Counted from the stretch's first letter, positions 10,076 to 20,541 are shown. The stretch is DNA of 64,000 bases from a bacterium (GCA_965205865.1 CBDBHR010000030.1:128001-192000), one strand, 5' to 3'. Numbers and translations are program-made. The notes: a model not told the origin generated them from the sequence alone.

Positions 10076-12073
10076 CTATACAGACCGGTTTGATTCGGAG
10101 ATATATTGAGTGCTGAGGGCGTCCTGCCGCACTTTCAGGGATTTGGGACGATACGTCATCGAAATAGCCACTCCCAATGTAAATAGCGGTAGAGACATCC
10201 AGGCCCACCCTACCAGCGGATTGATCCGTACTTTGAGCACTGCTATTTGCGTATCTGGGTCATCGCTGTGCACAACCAAGTACAAGTCTTCCCAAAAGCT
10301 ACGCCGGATGGCCACTTCCGTGAGGGGATCCGGTTGAGTCGGATAAAAGCTCTTTGCAGGTTTCATGACTTTCAGCAATTGGCCGTTTCGATAAACTTCA
10401 ATTACGGCTGCCCGATGGGTGGCATTGCGGACTTGGAATTCTTCCATCCCCCGGAAAACGAGTTGGTAACCTCCTACAGTTTCGGATCGATTCAATTCCA
10501 TTGAGATATCTTTTTCAATGTCATAAAAACGGCCGGCAAATCCGATGAACATCAACACCACTCCAAGATGGATTGTCAAACCTCCGTAACGCCGGGAGTT
10601 GCGCATGATGACATAAAAAAAAGCGGTCCCAATATTTACTGATAACTGCCGGGCTTTGAGTTGGGTGGCTTTGTACAATTCAAACACAATGGTCATTGTA
10701 ACAAAAAGTGCAATCCAAATAATCAAGAACGCCTGCCATTCCCGGGAGATCAGAAAGGCAAGCCCCAAAGTGCCAGCCGTGGCCAACAACATGGGAATCT
10801 GGAAGTTTTTCCGTAAACTCGCGAAGCTGGTTCGTCTCCAGGCAATCAAGGTGCCGATTCCCATCAAAAAGAACAATAGATAGCCCATTGGCGCGGTCAC
10901 AGTATTGAAGAAGGGCGCTTGAATAGAAAGTTTAGTTCCCCGGACGGCTTCTGCTAAAAGAGGAAACGTCGTACCCAATAGTACGGTAAAGGCAATTCCT
11001 ACAAAAAGGATGTTTTGAGCCAGGAAGGTGTTTTCTCGGCATAGCAAGGATTCGAGTCGGTGGTCTGATTCCAAAACACGTATGCGCTTGAAAAGTAAGA
11101 CCATGGCAATCAGCAGCACAAAAGCCAAAAATGCCAGGAAAAAAGGGCCGATCTCGGATTGAGTGAAGGAATGCACGGAGTTAACTACTCCGGAACGGGT
11201 GAGAAAAGTGCCCAGGATGCTCAAGCCGAAGGTTATGATGATCAGCACGACATTCCAGATTTTGAGCATATTCCGTTTTTCCTGTACCATCACTGAATGA
11301 AGAAAAGCGGTCCCTGTGAGCCATGGCATCAAAGCGGCATTTTCCACCGGATCCCATGCCCAATAGCCTCCCCAGCCCAATTCTTCATATGCCCATTGTC
11401 CACCTAAAATCAATCCCAGAGAGAGAAAGTACCAGGAAAACAAAGTCCATCGCCGGGTGGTGACAATCCATTCGTTGTCCAGTTTTCCCCGCATCAATCC
11501 TGCAATGGCAAAAGCAAAAGGTACGCTGAAACCAATATATCCCAAATACAAGGAGGGAGGATGGGCGATCATGGCCAAGTGTTGTAGTAGGGGATTCAAG
11601 CCCCGCCCTTCCAAAGGATTCGTCGCTTGCGGCGCAAAGGGATTGGACCACACGACCAAGAGTGCCAGCAAAAAGACCATGATGAAATTGAGGACGGCAA
11701 TGACATAGGGGATGATCTGACGGTTGGTATGCTGGTAACGGAAGGCCACTATCATGGCAAATCCACTTTGTACAAAGGCCCAGAGCAGCAAAGATCCATC
11801 CATCCCGCCCCAAAAGGCCGTGACCTTATAAAAAAGGGGCATGTCGGTGCTCGAATTCTCCCAGACATAACTTATTCGGAAATCACTGCTCACAAAGGCA
11901 TGGATCAGCGCAATGCTGGCTGCAGCCAGCAAGAAAAAATTGAAAATCGTTGCATATTGGGCGGAGCGTATCAAATTCCAGTTGTTATGCCGCACTCCGA
12001 AATATGGAACGATGCTGCCGTATAAAGCAACTGCCAATGCAACCATCATTGTCATGTAACCGATATCCGCCAT
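10076..12073 (-). CDS. ccmF: Heme lyase CcmF
   Basis: WGGYWAWDPVEN (WWD motif), HPPSLYLGY, SVHSF. Confidence 0.96.
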   Translation of the reverse strand: MADIGYMTMMVALAVALYGSIVPYFGVRHNNWNLIRSAQYATIFNFFLLAAASIALIHAFVSSDFRISYVWENSSTDMPLFYKVTAFWGGMDGSLLLWAFVQSGFAMIVAFRYQHTNRQIIPYVIAVLNFIMVFLLALLVVWSNPFAPQATNPLEGRGLNPLLQHLAMIAHPPSLYLGYIGFSVPFAFAIAGLMRGKLDNEWIVTTRRWTLFSWYFLSLGLILGGQWAYEELGWGGYWAWDPVENAALMPWLTGTAFLHSVMVQEKRNMLKIWNVVLIIITFGLSILGTFLTRSGVVNSVHSFTQSEIGPFFLAFLAFVLLIAMVLLFKRIRVLESDHRLESLLCRENTFLAQNILFVGIAFTVLLGTTFPLLAEAVRGTKLSIQAPFFNTVTAPMGYLLFFLMGIGTLIAWRRTSFASLRKNFQIPMLLATAGTLGLAFLISREWQAFLIIWIALFVTMTIVFELYKATQLKARQLSVNIGTAFFYVIMRNSRRYGGLTIHLGVVLMFIGFAGRFYDIEKDISMELNRSETVGGYQLVFRGMEEFQVRNATHRAAVIEVYRNGQLLKVMKPAKSFYPTQPDPLTEVAIRRSFWEDLYLVVHSDDPDTQIAVLKVRINPLVGWAWMSLPLFTLGVAISMTYRPKSLKVRQDALSTQYISESNRSV

Positions 12074-12436
12074 ATCTATGAGACGTGATGAAGTTCAGTA
12101 AGGAAGTAGTATGCCTGATTAGTGCTTGAACTGAAACCCGCTCCCTCGATGTCAGCAAAGGGGAATATTGACAATATCCTCGTATTCCTGATTTTTCAAG
12201 AGAGGAAAGGGTTTTTGATCAGACACTGATTGGTTCCGGCATATGTTTTCGTCGAAAATCTAAAAATACTTCACTATCCGGGATTCCTCAAGTTATTTTG
12301 GCAAATTCTTCTCTTTTGCCAGATAGATTCCGGTACTGCGTAACTGAATAATTAAAGGAGTTGAACTTGTATCGTATCATTCGATGAAAAAAGCACGATG
12401 GGCAGCGAACGAATCCCGATGAGGAAACCAACGATT

Positions 12437-12508
12437 GGAGATCCATGTGTGGGAGAATCGAACGCATGGTTCGGAGGACAGGGAGGCAAGAGCCTTCCTG
12501 TCCCCCAT
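12437..12508 (+). mobile_element. Degenerate group II intron 3' end (domains V-VI remnant)
   Basis: GGAGATCCATGTGTGGGAGAATCGAACGCATGGTTCGGAGG aligns ungapped to the bacterial DV pattern. It is followed by a DVI-like stem GACAGGGAGG/CCTTCCTGTC and a terminal AT. No RT ORF nearby. Confidence 0.7.
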
Positions 12509-12607
12509 CAATAATAGAAAATCACAGGCTGCTGAATAAAAACAGTTTTTACTGAGACAGGCAGGGGGTGGTGGGTTTTATGTGAAACAAGTGGTGGAAA
12601 TGATTGA

Positions 12608-13372
12608 TCAGGGACGGCTGTTGGGTTTCAGGCTGATTTGCTGGGGCCGGGTGGAATGGGCGTTGACTCGGATGGGTGAATTGCCTTCATTGCGAATCAT
12701 GACCGCATCATTGATTTGAGGCGTTTTTAACGTTGCATATCGAATTCCCTGCATTTGAATATCTTGGTCATTGCCATTGTGTCGAACCAAAATGCGGACG
12801 GGCTGGGAAGAACTCATGCGGAAAAGGATCGACTTTTGATCGCTTTTATTGATGACGAACTCTGCCACTTGTCCAGGGGGAATCGTTTGTTCATGGTTCC
12901 ATTGCACTTGCTCTTGTGCTTGATTGAAGGAAATTTCGGCAATGGAGAATCGTTGCGATGAATCTTGTTGGGAAAGAAATAAGGGACCGAGTAGAAAGAA
13001 AATTATAAAACTTCCCAGAACCCCAATTGCCACCGGAAAGAGACGACTTTGCATGAGGGGTTTGAGAAAATAGATTTTATTGACAAGCCATCTCCGGGAG
13101 GAGACCAGGTAGGGTAGTGGTTCTCTTTCAGCAATCGCTTTCATGACTCCGGCATTGAAATGATTATCCAGTGTGTGGGAATCGAGGGATTGATGACAAG
13201 CACTAAGATCCAACTCAATGGCAGCCATTTCCTCCAATTGAGATTGACAATCCGGACAAGCAGTCGTGTGATGGTGGATCTGCCAGGTTTCTTTTTTACT
13301 GAGATCACCGTCCAAATGGCGGCTCATGAGGAATAATGCATCTTCGCAAGGGATAGTTTTTTGACGATTCAT
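12608..13372 (-). CDS. Zinc-finger (zf-HC2) membrane anti-sigma factor
   Basis: C..xLMSRHLDGDL...HTTACPDC (HxxxCxxC), one TM helix, periplasmic C-terminus; directly downstream of an ECF sigma gene. Confidence 0.85.
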   Translation of the reverse strand: MNRQKTIPCEDALFLMSRHLDGDLSKKETWQIHHHTTACPDCQSQLEEMAAIELDLSACHQSLDSHTLDNHFNAGVMKAIAEREPLPYLVSSRRWLVNKIYFLKPLMQSRLFPVAIGVLGSFIIFFLLGPLFLSQQDSSQRFSIAEISFNQAQEQVQWNHEQTIPPGQVAEFVINKSDQKSILFRMSSSQPVRILVRHNGNDQDIQMQGIRYATLKTPQINDAVMIRNEGNSPIRVNAHSTRPQQISLKPNSRP

Positions 13373-13451
13373 AAGAAATTGATTGGCGTTTTTCAAAATG
13401 ATCTTTGTTTGACAGGAGGGTCTCTGTTGCCAATTTGATCATTCTCAATGT

Positions 13452-14063
13452 TTAAGTACCATGTTTTTTAGAAATGTTCATTTTTTTCTTATTGAGTGAC
13501 TTTCGGAGTATCATCCTCGCGCGAAACAATTTGCTTTTCACGGTTCCGACAGGAATATCCTGCATATTTGCTACCTCGTCGTAAGACAATCCTTCCATGG
13601 AAACCGCGACCAGAACCTCTTTCAGATCCGGGTCAAGTTGATCTATCGCTTTTTTTAAAAGGGAAAGCCGCTGTTTTTTTTCGGCGTATTCCAAGGGAGT
13701 GTCTTCTGTGGATTGATAGTTTTCCAACATCTGGTCCGAAACCATCTTGGAACGCCGTTTTCCAGCTCGGTTGATGTCATTGATGACTTTATTGCGCGCG
13801 ATCCCCAACAGCCACGTCAAAAACTTGGCGTTGCCCTGAAAGGTTTCCAGATTTTGAAAGGCGGCGATGAATGTTTCCTGCGCCAGATCTTCTGCTTGGA
13901 CCGGATCATCGATGAACTTGAGAAGAAAGCGAAACACCTGATTCCGATAGCGAGTGACCAGAATATCAAACTGATGGCGATCGCCCTTTAAAATGTCCTC
14001 GATCAGTGTCTGCTCTCCTGGCACCAGCGCCGATTTTTGCTGGGACTTTAAAGTAATGAGCAT
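13452..14063 (-). CDS. ECF RNA polymerase sigma factor (RpoE/SigW-like)
   Basis: AEDLAQETF, FLTWLLGIARN, SYDEVA...VGTVKSKLFRAR; start uncertain (14063 or 14024). Confidence 0.92.
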   Translation of the reverse strand: MLITLKSQQKSALVPGEQTLIEDILKGDRHQFDILVTRYRNQVFRFLLKFIDDPVQAEDLAQETFIAAFQNLETFQGNAKFLTWLLGIARNKVINDINRAGKRRSKMVSDQMLENYQSTEDTPLEYAEKKQRLSLLKKAIDQLDPDLKEVLVAVSMEGLSYDEVANMQDIPVGTVKSKLFRARMILRKSLNKKKMNISKKHGT

Positions 14064-14065
14064 AC

Positions 14066-14091
14066 AGACAACGGATGAGGAAATTGGTTTA
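14066..14091 (-). promoter_or_regulatory. Possible ECF-type autoregulatory promoter
   Basis: Minus strand TAAACC-N16-GTCT resembles the AAC/GTC ECF elements; it fits only if the sigma gene starts at GTG 14024. Confidence 0.25.
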
Positions 14092-14254
14092 TTGTAAAAG
14101 ACTGTTTTCGAGTCCACGGTAGGATAGCTGTCAAATGCCATTTTGTCCATAATTTCTTTGTGGGAGAGGCATTGATTCCCGTGGGAAGTGAGCAAATTAA
14201 ACAGGCTTGATCCGATTACGAATCTCTCGGTTTTCATTAACGAACCAAGAAGCG

Positions 14255-16827
14255 TTATTTATCATTCAACGTACTCTTCAGGGCATCTGTAAATTCTTTT
14301 TCGTTCTCGGAATTATAGAATGGCATGCCGATCAAACGGAACTCCTTTTCTCCAAGAGTCAGCAGCTTGCAGTTAAACTCGGCAGTGATTTCTTTCAAGA
14401 AGGTTTCCTTCCACCGGTCATGTTCTTTCAGATGTTTGCCTTTGGGTTCAATGAAAAGTTGAAAAATAGAAAACTCGCCATCCTTCCGGCGCAGAAACAG
14501 GACAAAATCCGGTTGAAAGGCTTGCCCATCGTAAAAGTTGTAGATCGTGAAATGCCTCTCGTTGCGAATCAGATAGATTTCGTCGTACTCTTCCCGCATT
14601 TGTTGCATTTGCCTGTCCAGCATTCTCACAAAGGCCTTTTCTTCGCTGGTTCCGTAAACCGTGTTGAATGCAAACCAGTCTTTCTCTGAGACGAAATGCT
14701 TGAACTGCGCATCGTCCGCGGCGTGAGGGTTGTTGGCGTCGAACTTGAGGAGCTTGTCCTTGAAGACTGCCTTTACCCAGTGACGCTGAAAATCATTCGT
14801 CCCCTCGTATTCTGTAATTTGCTGGCGGATTTCGCTCTCGATTCGACTCAATAATCCCGTCAAGGCAGCAAATTTTTCGCGCGGTTCTTCTGCCAGGCGA
14901 TAGACATTACCCTGGAAGGTGATTTCAACCCACCCAGATAATCTTTGGAGACAATGAATTCGCGCATGGACTTCAGATTGGGAAAGTAGCGTTTGAGAGA
15001 CGCGAACGTAAAGAACGGATTGCGGGCAAGGGCAGTTTGCACGACGTTGCGCTCGACGTCTGCCACTTTCATATCATGGCGGTTTTCGTCTTTCACTACC
15101 ACGTTTTTGTCTTCGCTCTCGAGCACGGCCGTTGCCCCACCGTGACCTGTGGCGATGGTGTGGACATAGTTTCTGCGCGTCACGCCAAGATCCTGAAAAG
15201 ATCGGATACCATCGTAATTTTTCGCACGGCGATTGTTGCACCAGATCACGCCAGTTTTGTAGAAATCGCTTTGTTTGAACGGTTCTTTGAGTTTGAGTTC
15301 ACGAATCACTTCCCGTTCATCCATTACTCCTTCTTTTATCAGTGCTGCGCGAATTTCGGAAATGTAGTGTGAATCGTTGATACTGTGATAATGCAACTCT
15401 TCGATGACACGCATTTCGTTTTGCAGGTCTCCATCGAATTTACGGCGGAAACGGTCGTCACTCGCGCGCAAAACAAAGGGAAAATAACGCGCGCCACGCC
15501 CGATGAGTTGCGCTTCGGAGATCGTCGTCTTGCCAATTTTATTCTTCCCTGAATCCCGACCCTCGTAACAGCGTACGATATCGAACAGGTTCAGCACGTC
15601 CCAGCCTTCATTGAGTTTCTGCACGGCGAAAACGGCGCGGATGCGGTTGTCCCGGTCTTCAAGGGTATTGACCAGAATCTGGTGGTTTTCCTTCTCCTTT
15701 TCTTCGTTGACCGAGAGGCAATGGTCTTCCCGAAATTCCCGTTTCACACGCTCCACCAACTGCGCGTCGCCGATATGGTTGTCGTCAAAGAATTGAAACG
15801 CCCTCTGCACCAATGGGATGTCCGACTTGCGGATGTGAGCAACGTCTTCCGTGCTCAGCTCATCAACAAGGCGATGAAAATTGGCTTTGTTCTCTTTGGA
15901 TTGGTCAATCGTGCGCTGGGCCTTGAACAAAATAACGGGTTTGAGGTTGGTCTGATATTTTGCCGCCACCTCCTGTTTGTACTGGCTGAGAAGCAAGGCT
16001 TGCAGAATACGCTTGTTCAGGTCGAAGTCCGATTGCACGATGACGACGTCTTTTGAAAAACCGTCGTTGCGGAATTGGAGCAAGTCATAGCGAATGATGA
16101 CCTTGTTCCGATATTTTTCCACCATCGCGGGTGTTTCGTAGTCGTGCGTTGCGGTGAATTCCAACAGGAGGTTGTCCTCGTTCTGTCCGAAAATACGCTC
16201 GACGGTGTCCTCCCAACTCCCAAACATTTCTTTTTGGGACTTGGTCGTTACGTTGATGTGATGGGCTTCGTCGGCAATCAGCGCGATGCGGCGCTTGCGG
16301 AAGTCTGCAAAAGTGATGGCGTTTTCCTTCTCGGTTTTCAGATCAGAGTGTAGTTTTTGAATCGTTGTGAAACAGATGTTGATGTCGTCCTTGTTGACGC
16401 CTTCAAAGTGATCGACGGGCGAAATGCTAACACGGTGGTTATCGATGTGAATCTCTCGATGGAACAGGTATTTGATGCTGGCGGGGTTGAAAAAGTTTTC
16501 CTTTGTCTTTTCAATGATGTTGGTGGAATTGACGAAGAAGAGAAAATTGCGATAACCCTTTGCGTACAGGTAGAGAATCAACCCGGCCATAATCAGGGTC
16601 TTGCCGCTGCCGGTCGCCATGTTGAAGAGAAAATGCAGTGGCGACTCCTTACCCGGAAAGTCCTTTTCGAGACAATGAAAGAAGCGGGTAAAGGCGTCTT
16701 TCTGATAGGGGCGCAGTTCGAACTTGGGGTTCAGATTGTCAGTGAGATAGTTGGGAATTATTGTTTTTAATCCGCCGAATTTAGAAAAGGAATCTAGTTC
16801 TTCGAATAAAAACTTATCGGCCATCAC
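14255..16827 (-). pseudogene. res: Type III restriction endonuclease Res subunit, split by a 1-bp deletion near 14926
   Basis: ORF 14860..16827 has FNMATGSGKT, DEAHH, LNEGWDV and QLIGRGAR. ORF 14255..14863 has the PD-(D/E)xK nuclease FQPDF...IEPKG. Adding one G (TTG GAA ATC) joins them into 857 aa. Confidence 0.85.
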
Positions 16828-18769
16828 ATGTCTCTATGGAGTCTCCATAAAACACCCGGTTCAACGCTTTGTCTTCTTCGTTGACGGCAAAATCCTCATC
16901 CTCGATTTCCGAAAGGTTGACGTAGAGTTGGTTCTTATTCAGCAGTTCCGCGAGCAGCTTCTTTTGTTTGTTCAACCCGTTTTCTTCTTTGCCGATTTCA
17001 ATAAAATCATGGACCGTATCTTCTGGCAGTTTCGGGTTCACATACCAATTCAAAAAGGAATTTTCAGCGATGTCTCGCCAGAGGGACACAAGCTCTTCGG
17101 ATGATTGGGCGGCTTGGATTTTGTCCATGTAAGATTCATTGTATTGCATCAGTTCGCAATAGATAAAATCGCCGCCACCTTGCCAGTTGACGGATTTGGA
17201 GATGCCCCCGGTGTCGTATACAATATCCTTGAACAGCGTTTCGTCATTTTTAGCTCTGTTCCCGACGACTTTTTTTAGCCTTTCTAGCGTGATGGTCTCC
17301 ACATAATCCATCTGTTCAACCATCATCCATTGGCGGTTCATCTTGTGGGCAACGGCGGAAGTGGTGGCGGAACCTGCGAAGAAATCAAGAACGATGTCGC
17401 TTTCGTTGGAACCCATGTGAATGATGCGTTGAAGAAGACGTTCTGGTTTAGGAGATGAAAAGGGGTTTTCTGAGAACATACTTTTGATTTCATCTTTGGC
17501 CTCATGATTATGTCCCACCTCTTTATATCCCCAAATAGTAACTGGAGTAAGACCACCCATATCTCGTAAAAAAGTCTTTCTCTGAGGGACTTGATTTTTA
17601 CCTTCTCCTAACCATATCTCATCATTTGCTTCCATTCTTTTCATACTATCATCATTGAATCTTCGGTATGTTCCTGGAGGTGGCGACCAAGTCGAACCGT
17701 TTGCAAACGTATAGGATTTTATACTCGTACCACTTTTGGCATGTAGTGGGGTTGCTTTCCAAGGACCTTTAGGATGGTTATCTGGATTAGAGTAAGCATC
17801 ATCAACAACAGAAGTTCTAAGAAGTTTATTCAACTTCCACTTCTCTTTTTTCTTAACATACAGAATGATATGGTCATGGTTGTCCGAAAAGTATTTTGCA
17901 TCATTAGCTCTGGTATATTTTTTCTGCCAGACTACATTTGCCACAAAATTCTCCCTGCCAAAAACGTCATCACATAACACTTTCAAATAGTGTGCTTCGT
18001 CGTCATCGATATTGATCCAGATTGTCCCATCGTCCCGCAACAATTCCCTCGCCACTTCCAGCCGATTTTTCATAAACGTCAGCCAACTCGAATGGTTGAA
18101 GCTGTCGTTGTAACCGAACGAATCATTTCCCGTATTGTAGGGCGGATCAATATAAATCAGCTTCACCTTGCCCCGGAATTGATTTTTCAGCGTGTGCAAG
18201 GCCAGTAAATTGTTTCCCTTGATGATCAGATTTTCCCGTATCACACCGTTTTCGTCCCGCTTGATTTCCCTAACCTTTTCTTCGCCTTCGACTGTGTGAC
18301 GTTTCCAGTTTGTCAACACTTTCGGGTCAAACATGCGGTCAATCTCGTCATGCGCCAGCACCTCATTGAAGAAAATCTCCTTGCGTTTTTCCTCTTCTTT
18401 CGTCTGTCCACCCTCCAGCACGCAGTCTTTATAGGGCCAGACGAGGGACACCTCACCCCGTTCTCGTAGGAATTTACCGTCGATGTTCAAACCGATCTTA
18501 TTGCGAAAACGGGTGTATGAACTGGCGAGGAAATTTTTGTCGGAGATGTAGTCGATGAAGGTATTGAAATTGAAGACCCAGTGCCCTTCGATCTCATCAA
18601 AGAACTTTGCCTTGACGTCGATTTCACGGAGCAGCAGCCTGACTAGTTCGTGATCGATCTTCCATGCCCGGTCGATCACCGCCGCCTTGACCAATTCACC
18701 CTCCTCGTCAACGAAGCGAGGGTCAGTTTTAAGCAGTTCGATCAGTTTTTGGTAGAAGATGTTTTGCAT
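16814..18769 (-). CDS. mod: Type III R-M methyltransferase Mod (beta-class N6-adenine MTase)
   Basis: IKGNNL, KLIYIDPPY (motif IV) preceding DFFAGSATT (motif I) with a TRD between them; overlaps the res start; AAGGA RBS before ATG 18769. Confidence 0.92.
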   Translation of the reverse strand: MQNIFYQKLIELLKTDPRFVDEEGELVKAAVIDRAWKIDHELVRLLLREIDVKAKFFDEIEGHWVFNFNTFIDYISDKNFLASSYTRFRNKIGLNIDGKFLRERGEVSLVWPYKDCVLEGGQTKEEEKRKEIFFNEVLAHDEIDRMFDPKVLTNWKRHTVEGEEKVREIKRDENGVIRENLIIKGNNLLALHTLKNQFRGKVKLIYIDPPYNTGNDSFGYNDSFNHSSWLTFMKNRLEVARELLRDDGTIWINIDDDEAHYLKVLCDDVFGRENFVANVVWQKKYTRANDAKYFSDNHDHIILYVKKKEKWKLNKLLRTSVVDDAYSNPDNHPKGPWKATPLHAKSGTSIKSYTFANGSTWSPPPGTYRRFNDDSMKRMEANDEIWLGEGKNQVPQRKTFLRDMGGLTPVTIWGYKEVGHNHEAKDEIKSMFSENPFSSPKPERLLQRIIHMGSNESDIVLDFFAGSATTSAVAHKMNRQWMMVEQMDYVETITLERLKKVVGNRAKNDETLFKDIVYDTGGISKSVNWQGGGDFIYCELMQYNESYMDKIQAAQSSEELVSLWRDIAENSFLNWYVNPKLPEDTVHDFIEIGKEENGLNKQKKLLAELLNKNQLYVNLSEIEDEDFAVNEEDKALNRVFYGDSIETCDGR

Positions 18770-18878
18770 GTTGTCGTCCTTATCACTTGTTTTTGCCAGT
18801 TCAGCATTTCGTGTCACTTGCCTATAAGTGCGACGTGCATTTTAGAGAAATATGCGAGTGATTCCGGCAGTGGGCGGA

Positions 18879-19487
18879 TCAATTGACGATCGAGTGAATG
18901 GTTTCACAAAGGTTTTGAATATATTCTACGGCCTGCACGGAGTCATTGCGGAAAATTGGCCAACGGATTCCAATTCCGGAATAGCTCGGATCCAAGTCGG
19001 CCTCATGCGTAATTTTGTTTCGACGTTCCACTATAAGTTGAAGCCGGGTTTTTACGTCTTGCACCGTCAGGCCGAGTTGCGAAGCAACAGACGGCCACAA
19101 CTCAGACGAGGAAAAGAGCCGTACCGCATCCGCTATCTTGCCTGGGTGTTGGAATGCCAAGTACCCATGTTTCTCACGGATTTCCGTCTCAAACCAGTTA
19201 TTCGTGCTTGATCCTGCGAGTCCTGTCATAGCTGCACCAATAGTCACTTGAAAGCGCTGGAATGCGTCGGTCGGAAGGTGTTTCCCATGGTATACTTCTA
19301 ACATTCCAAAGCGCACTATTTCGTGGATGTAGTGGTCAAGAGAACTAACGGCCAATACAATTTGCGTGCGTAAAAGATCGCTCGCATCCAAGACGGGGGT
19401 GGTCAATTGATCGAGTGCCTCATACAATCCACCAATGGCGCGTACTCGTTCAATATTTTCACGAAATTGTTGAATCGTTGCGAGCAT
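18879..19487 (-). CDS. HEPN-domain protein (putative RNase effector)
   Basis: Predicted all-alpha, 202 aa; N-terminal LAVSSLDHYIHE helix and Rx4H motif RNKITH (RRNKITHEAD). Confidence 0.8.
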   Translation of the reverse strand: MLATIQQFRENIERVRAIGGLYEALDQLTTPVLDASDLLRTQIVLAVSSLDHYIHEIVRFGMLEVYHGKHLPTDAFQRFQVTIGAAMTGLAGSSTNNWFETEIREKHGYLAFQHPGKIADAVRLFSSSELWPSVASQLGLTVQDVKTRLQLIVERRNKITHEADLDPSYSGIGIRWPIFRNDSVQAVEYIQNLCETIHSIVN

Positions 19488-20541
19488 GATCGATGAGCTT
19501 TATTATTTTATCCGCACCGTCGGCGTACAAATCCCGAAACCGATGCATGGATTCCCTAGTTGTTTCAAGCACTACCCCTGTTTGTTCAAGTTGCTCGTCA
19601 TTTAAGCCAAAAACCGGCGCTTGGTGTTTTTGTGAAAGAGCAATCAGACTATTGAAGTCTGACATCTGAATGAGCGGTTGTCCTATTTGCAAGTTAACCT
19701 CTTCGTATACCCGACCTGGAAGTAACATATTATTTTCATTTAAAACAGGAATGAGCTTTGTCTTTATTCCTTTCTCTATTTCCTTGACCCACTCCTGGAA
19801 TGCGGCAGAAGGAAAATTTCCCTCTCGCAATCGATACTTCTGAACAATCGTTCCGAGAAACTTGGGGTTCTTATCAGGGAAAGGGTAACTTGCGTTCTTT
19901 AAAACAGGTAATGATTGTGCTTGTTTTGCCCAAGCTGACCACTTGGGCAACACGGATGCAAGGCTATTCGTTGCCATTACTGAGAAATAGTCCAGAGTCA
20001 TTGGTACGATAAAATAGTCACTCGTCATTATCAAATTTTGGTTTATCGGACTCAAGCTCGGATTCATATCCACCAGAATGAAATCAGCGTTGTACTTTTC
20101 AGCAGTCAGAGAAAAGAGGTGGTGCAGGGCTCCGGGCAAATTCTGGAGAGTCACCAGTGAGCCGGAAAGTTCCTGAGCAATACCCAAGATGACTTCGTAT
20201 TCAGCGAGACCAATGTGACCTGGTAAAAGGTGCATGTCAGGCTGGCCGTTGATTGATTCACAGACCACAGGTTCAATAGCCACTGGTCGAGATTCAAAAG
20301 CTGGTGAAAGACCGTCCCGGATGTTTCGCACTTCATCCGAAACATAAATTGATTTAAAATCCTCATTAAAATCCTCGAATCCCTTAAATCCGAGGACCAT
20401 GCCCGTGAGGTTACACTGGGGGTCGCAGTCGGCGATGATAACCCTCTTCCCCTTGTTTGCCAGCATCCAGCCGAGGTTGAAGGTGGTTGTTGTCTTGCCG
20501 ACACCACCCTTATGATTGAAAAGTGAAATTTGTTTCACCAT
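19459..20541 (-). CDS. ParA/Soj-family (SIMIBI) ATPase, long non-partitioning type
   Basis: FNHKGGVGKTT, DCDPQCNLT, ILVDMNPS; AAGGAG RBS before ATG 20541; stop overlaps the HEPN gene by 29 bp; no parB. Confidence 0.88.
   Translation of the reverse strand: MVKQISLFNHKGGVGKTTTTFNLGWMLANKGKRVIIADCDPQCNLTGMVLGFKGFEDFNEDFKSIYVSDEVRNIRDGLSPAFESRPVAIEPVVCESINGQPDMHLLPGHIGLAEYEVILGIAQELSGSLVTLQNLPGALHHLFSLTAEKYNADFILVDMNPSLSPINQNLIMTSDYFIVPMTLDYFSVMATNSLASVLPKWSAWAKQAQSLPVLKNASYPFPDKNPKFLGTIVQKYRLREGNFPSAAFQEWVKEIEKGIKTKLIPVLNENNMLLPGRVYEEVNLQIGQPLIQMSDFNSLIALSQKHQAPVFGLNDEQLEQTGVVLETTRESMHRFRDLYADGADKIIKLIDHARNDSTIS

Noticed and set aside
12120-12128. TAGTGCTTG matching the MITE end
   Set aside because: Only 9 bp, with no internal similarity or partner TIR.
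16814-18817. Phase-variable mod (phasevarion)
   Set aside because: No simple-sequence repeat tract seen in or upstream of mod.
19459-20541. ParA as a chromosome/plasmid partition gene
   Set aside because: No parB, parS or rep gene; it is longer than Soj and coupled to a HEPN gene within a defence cluster.
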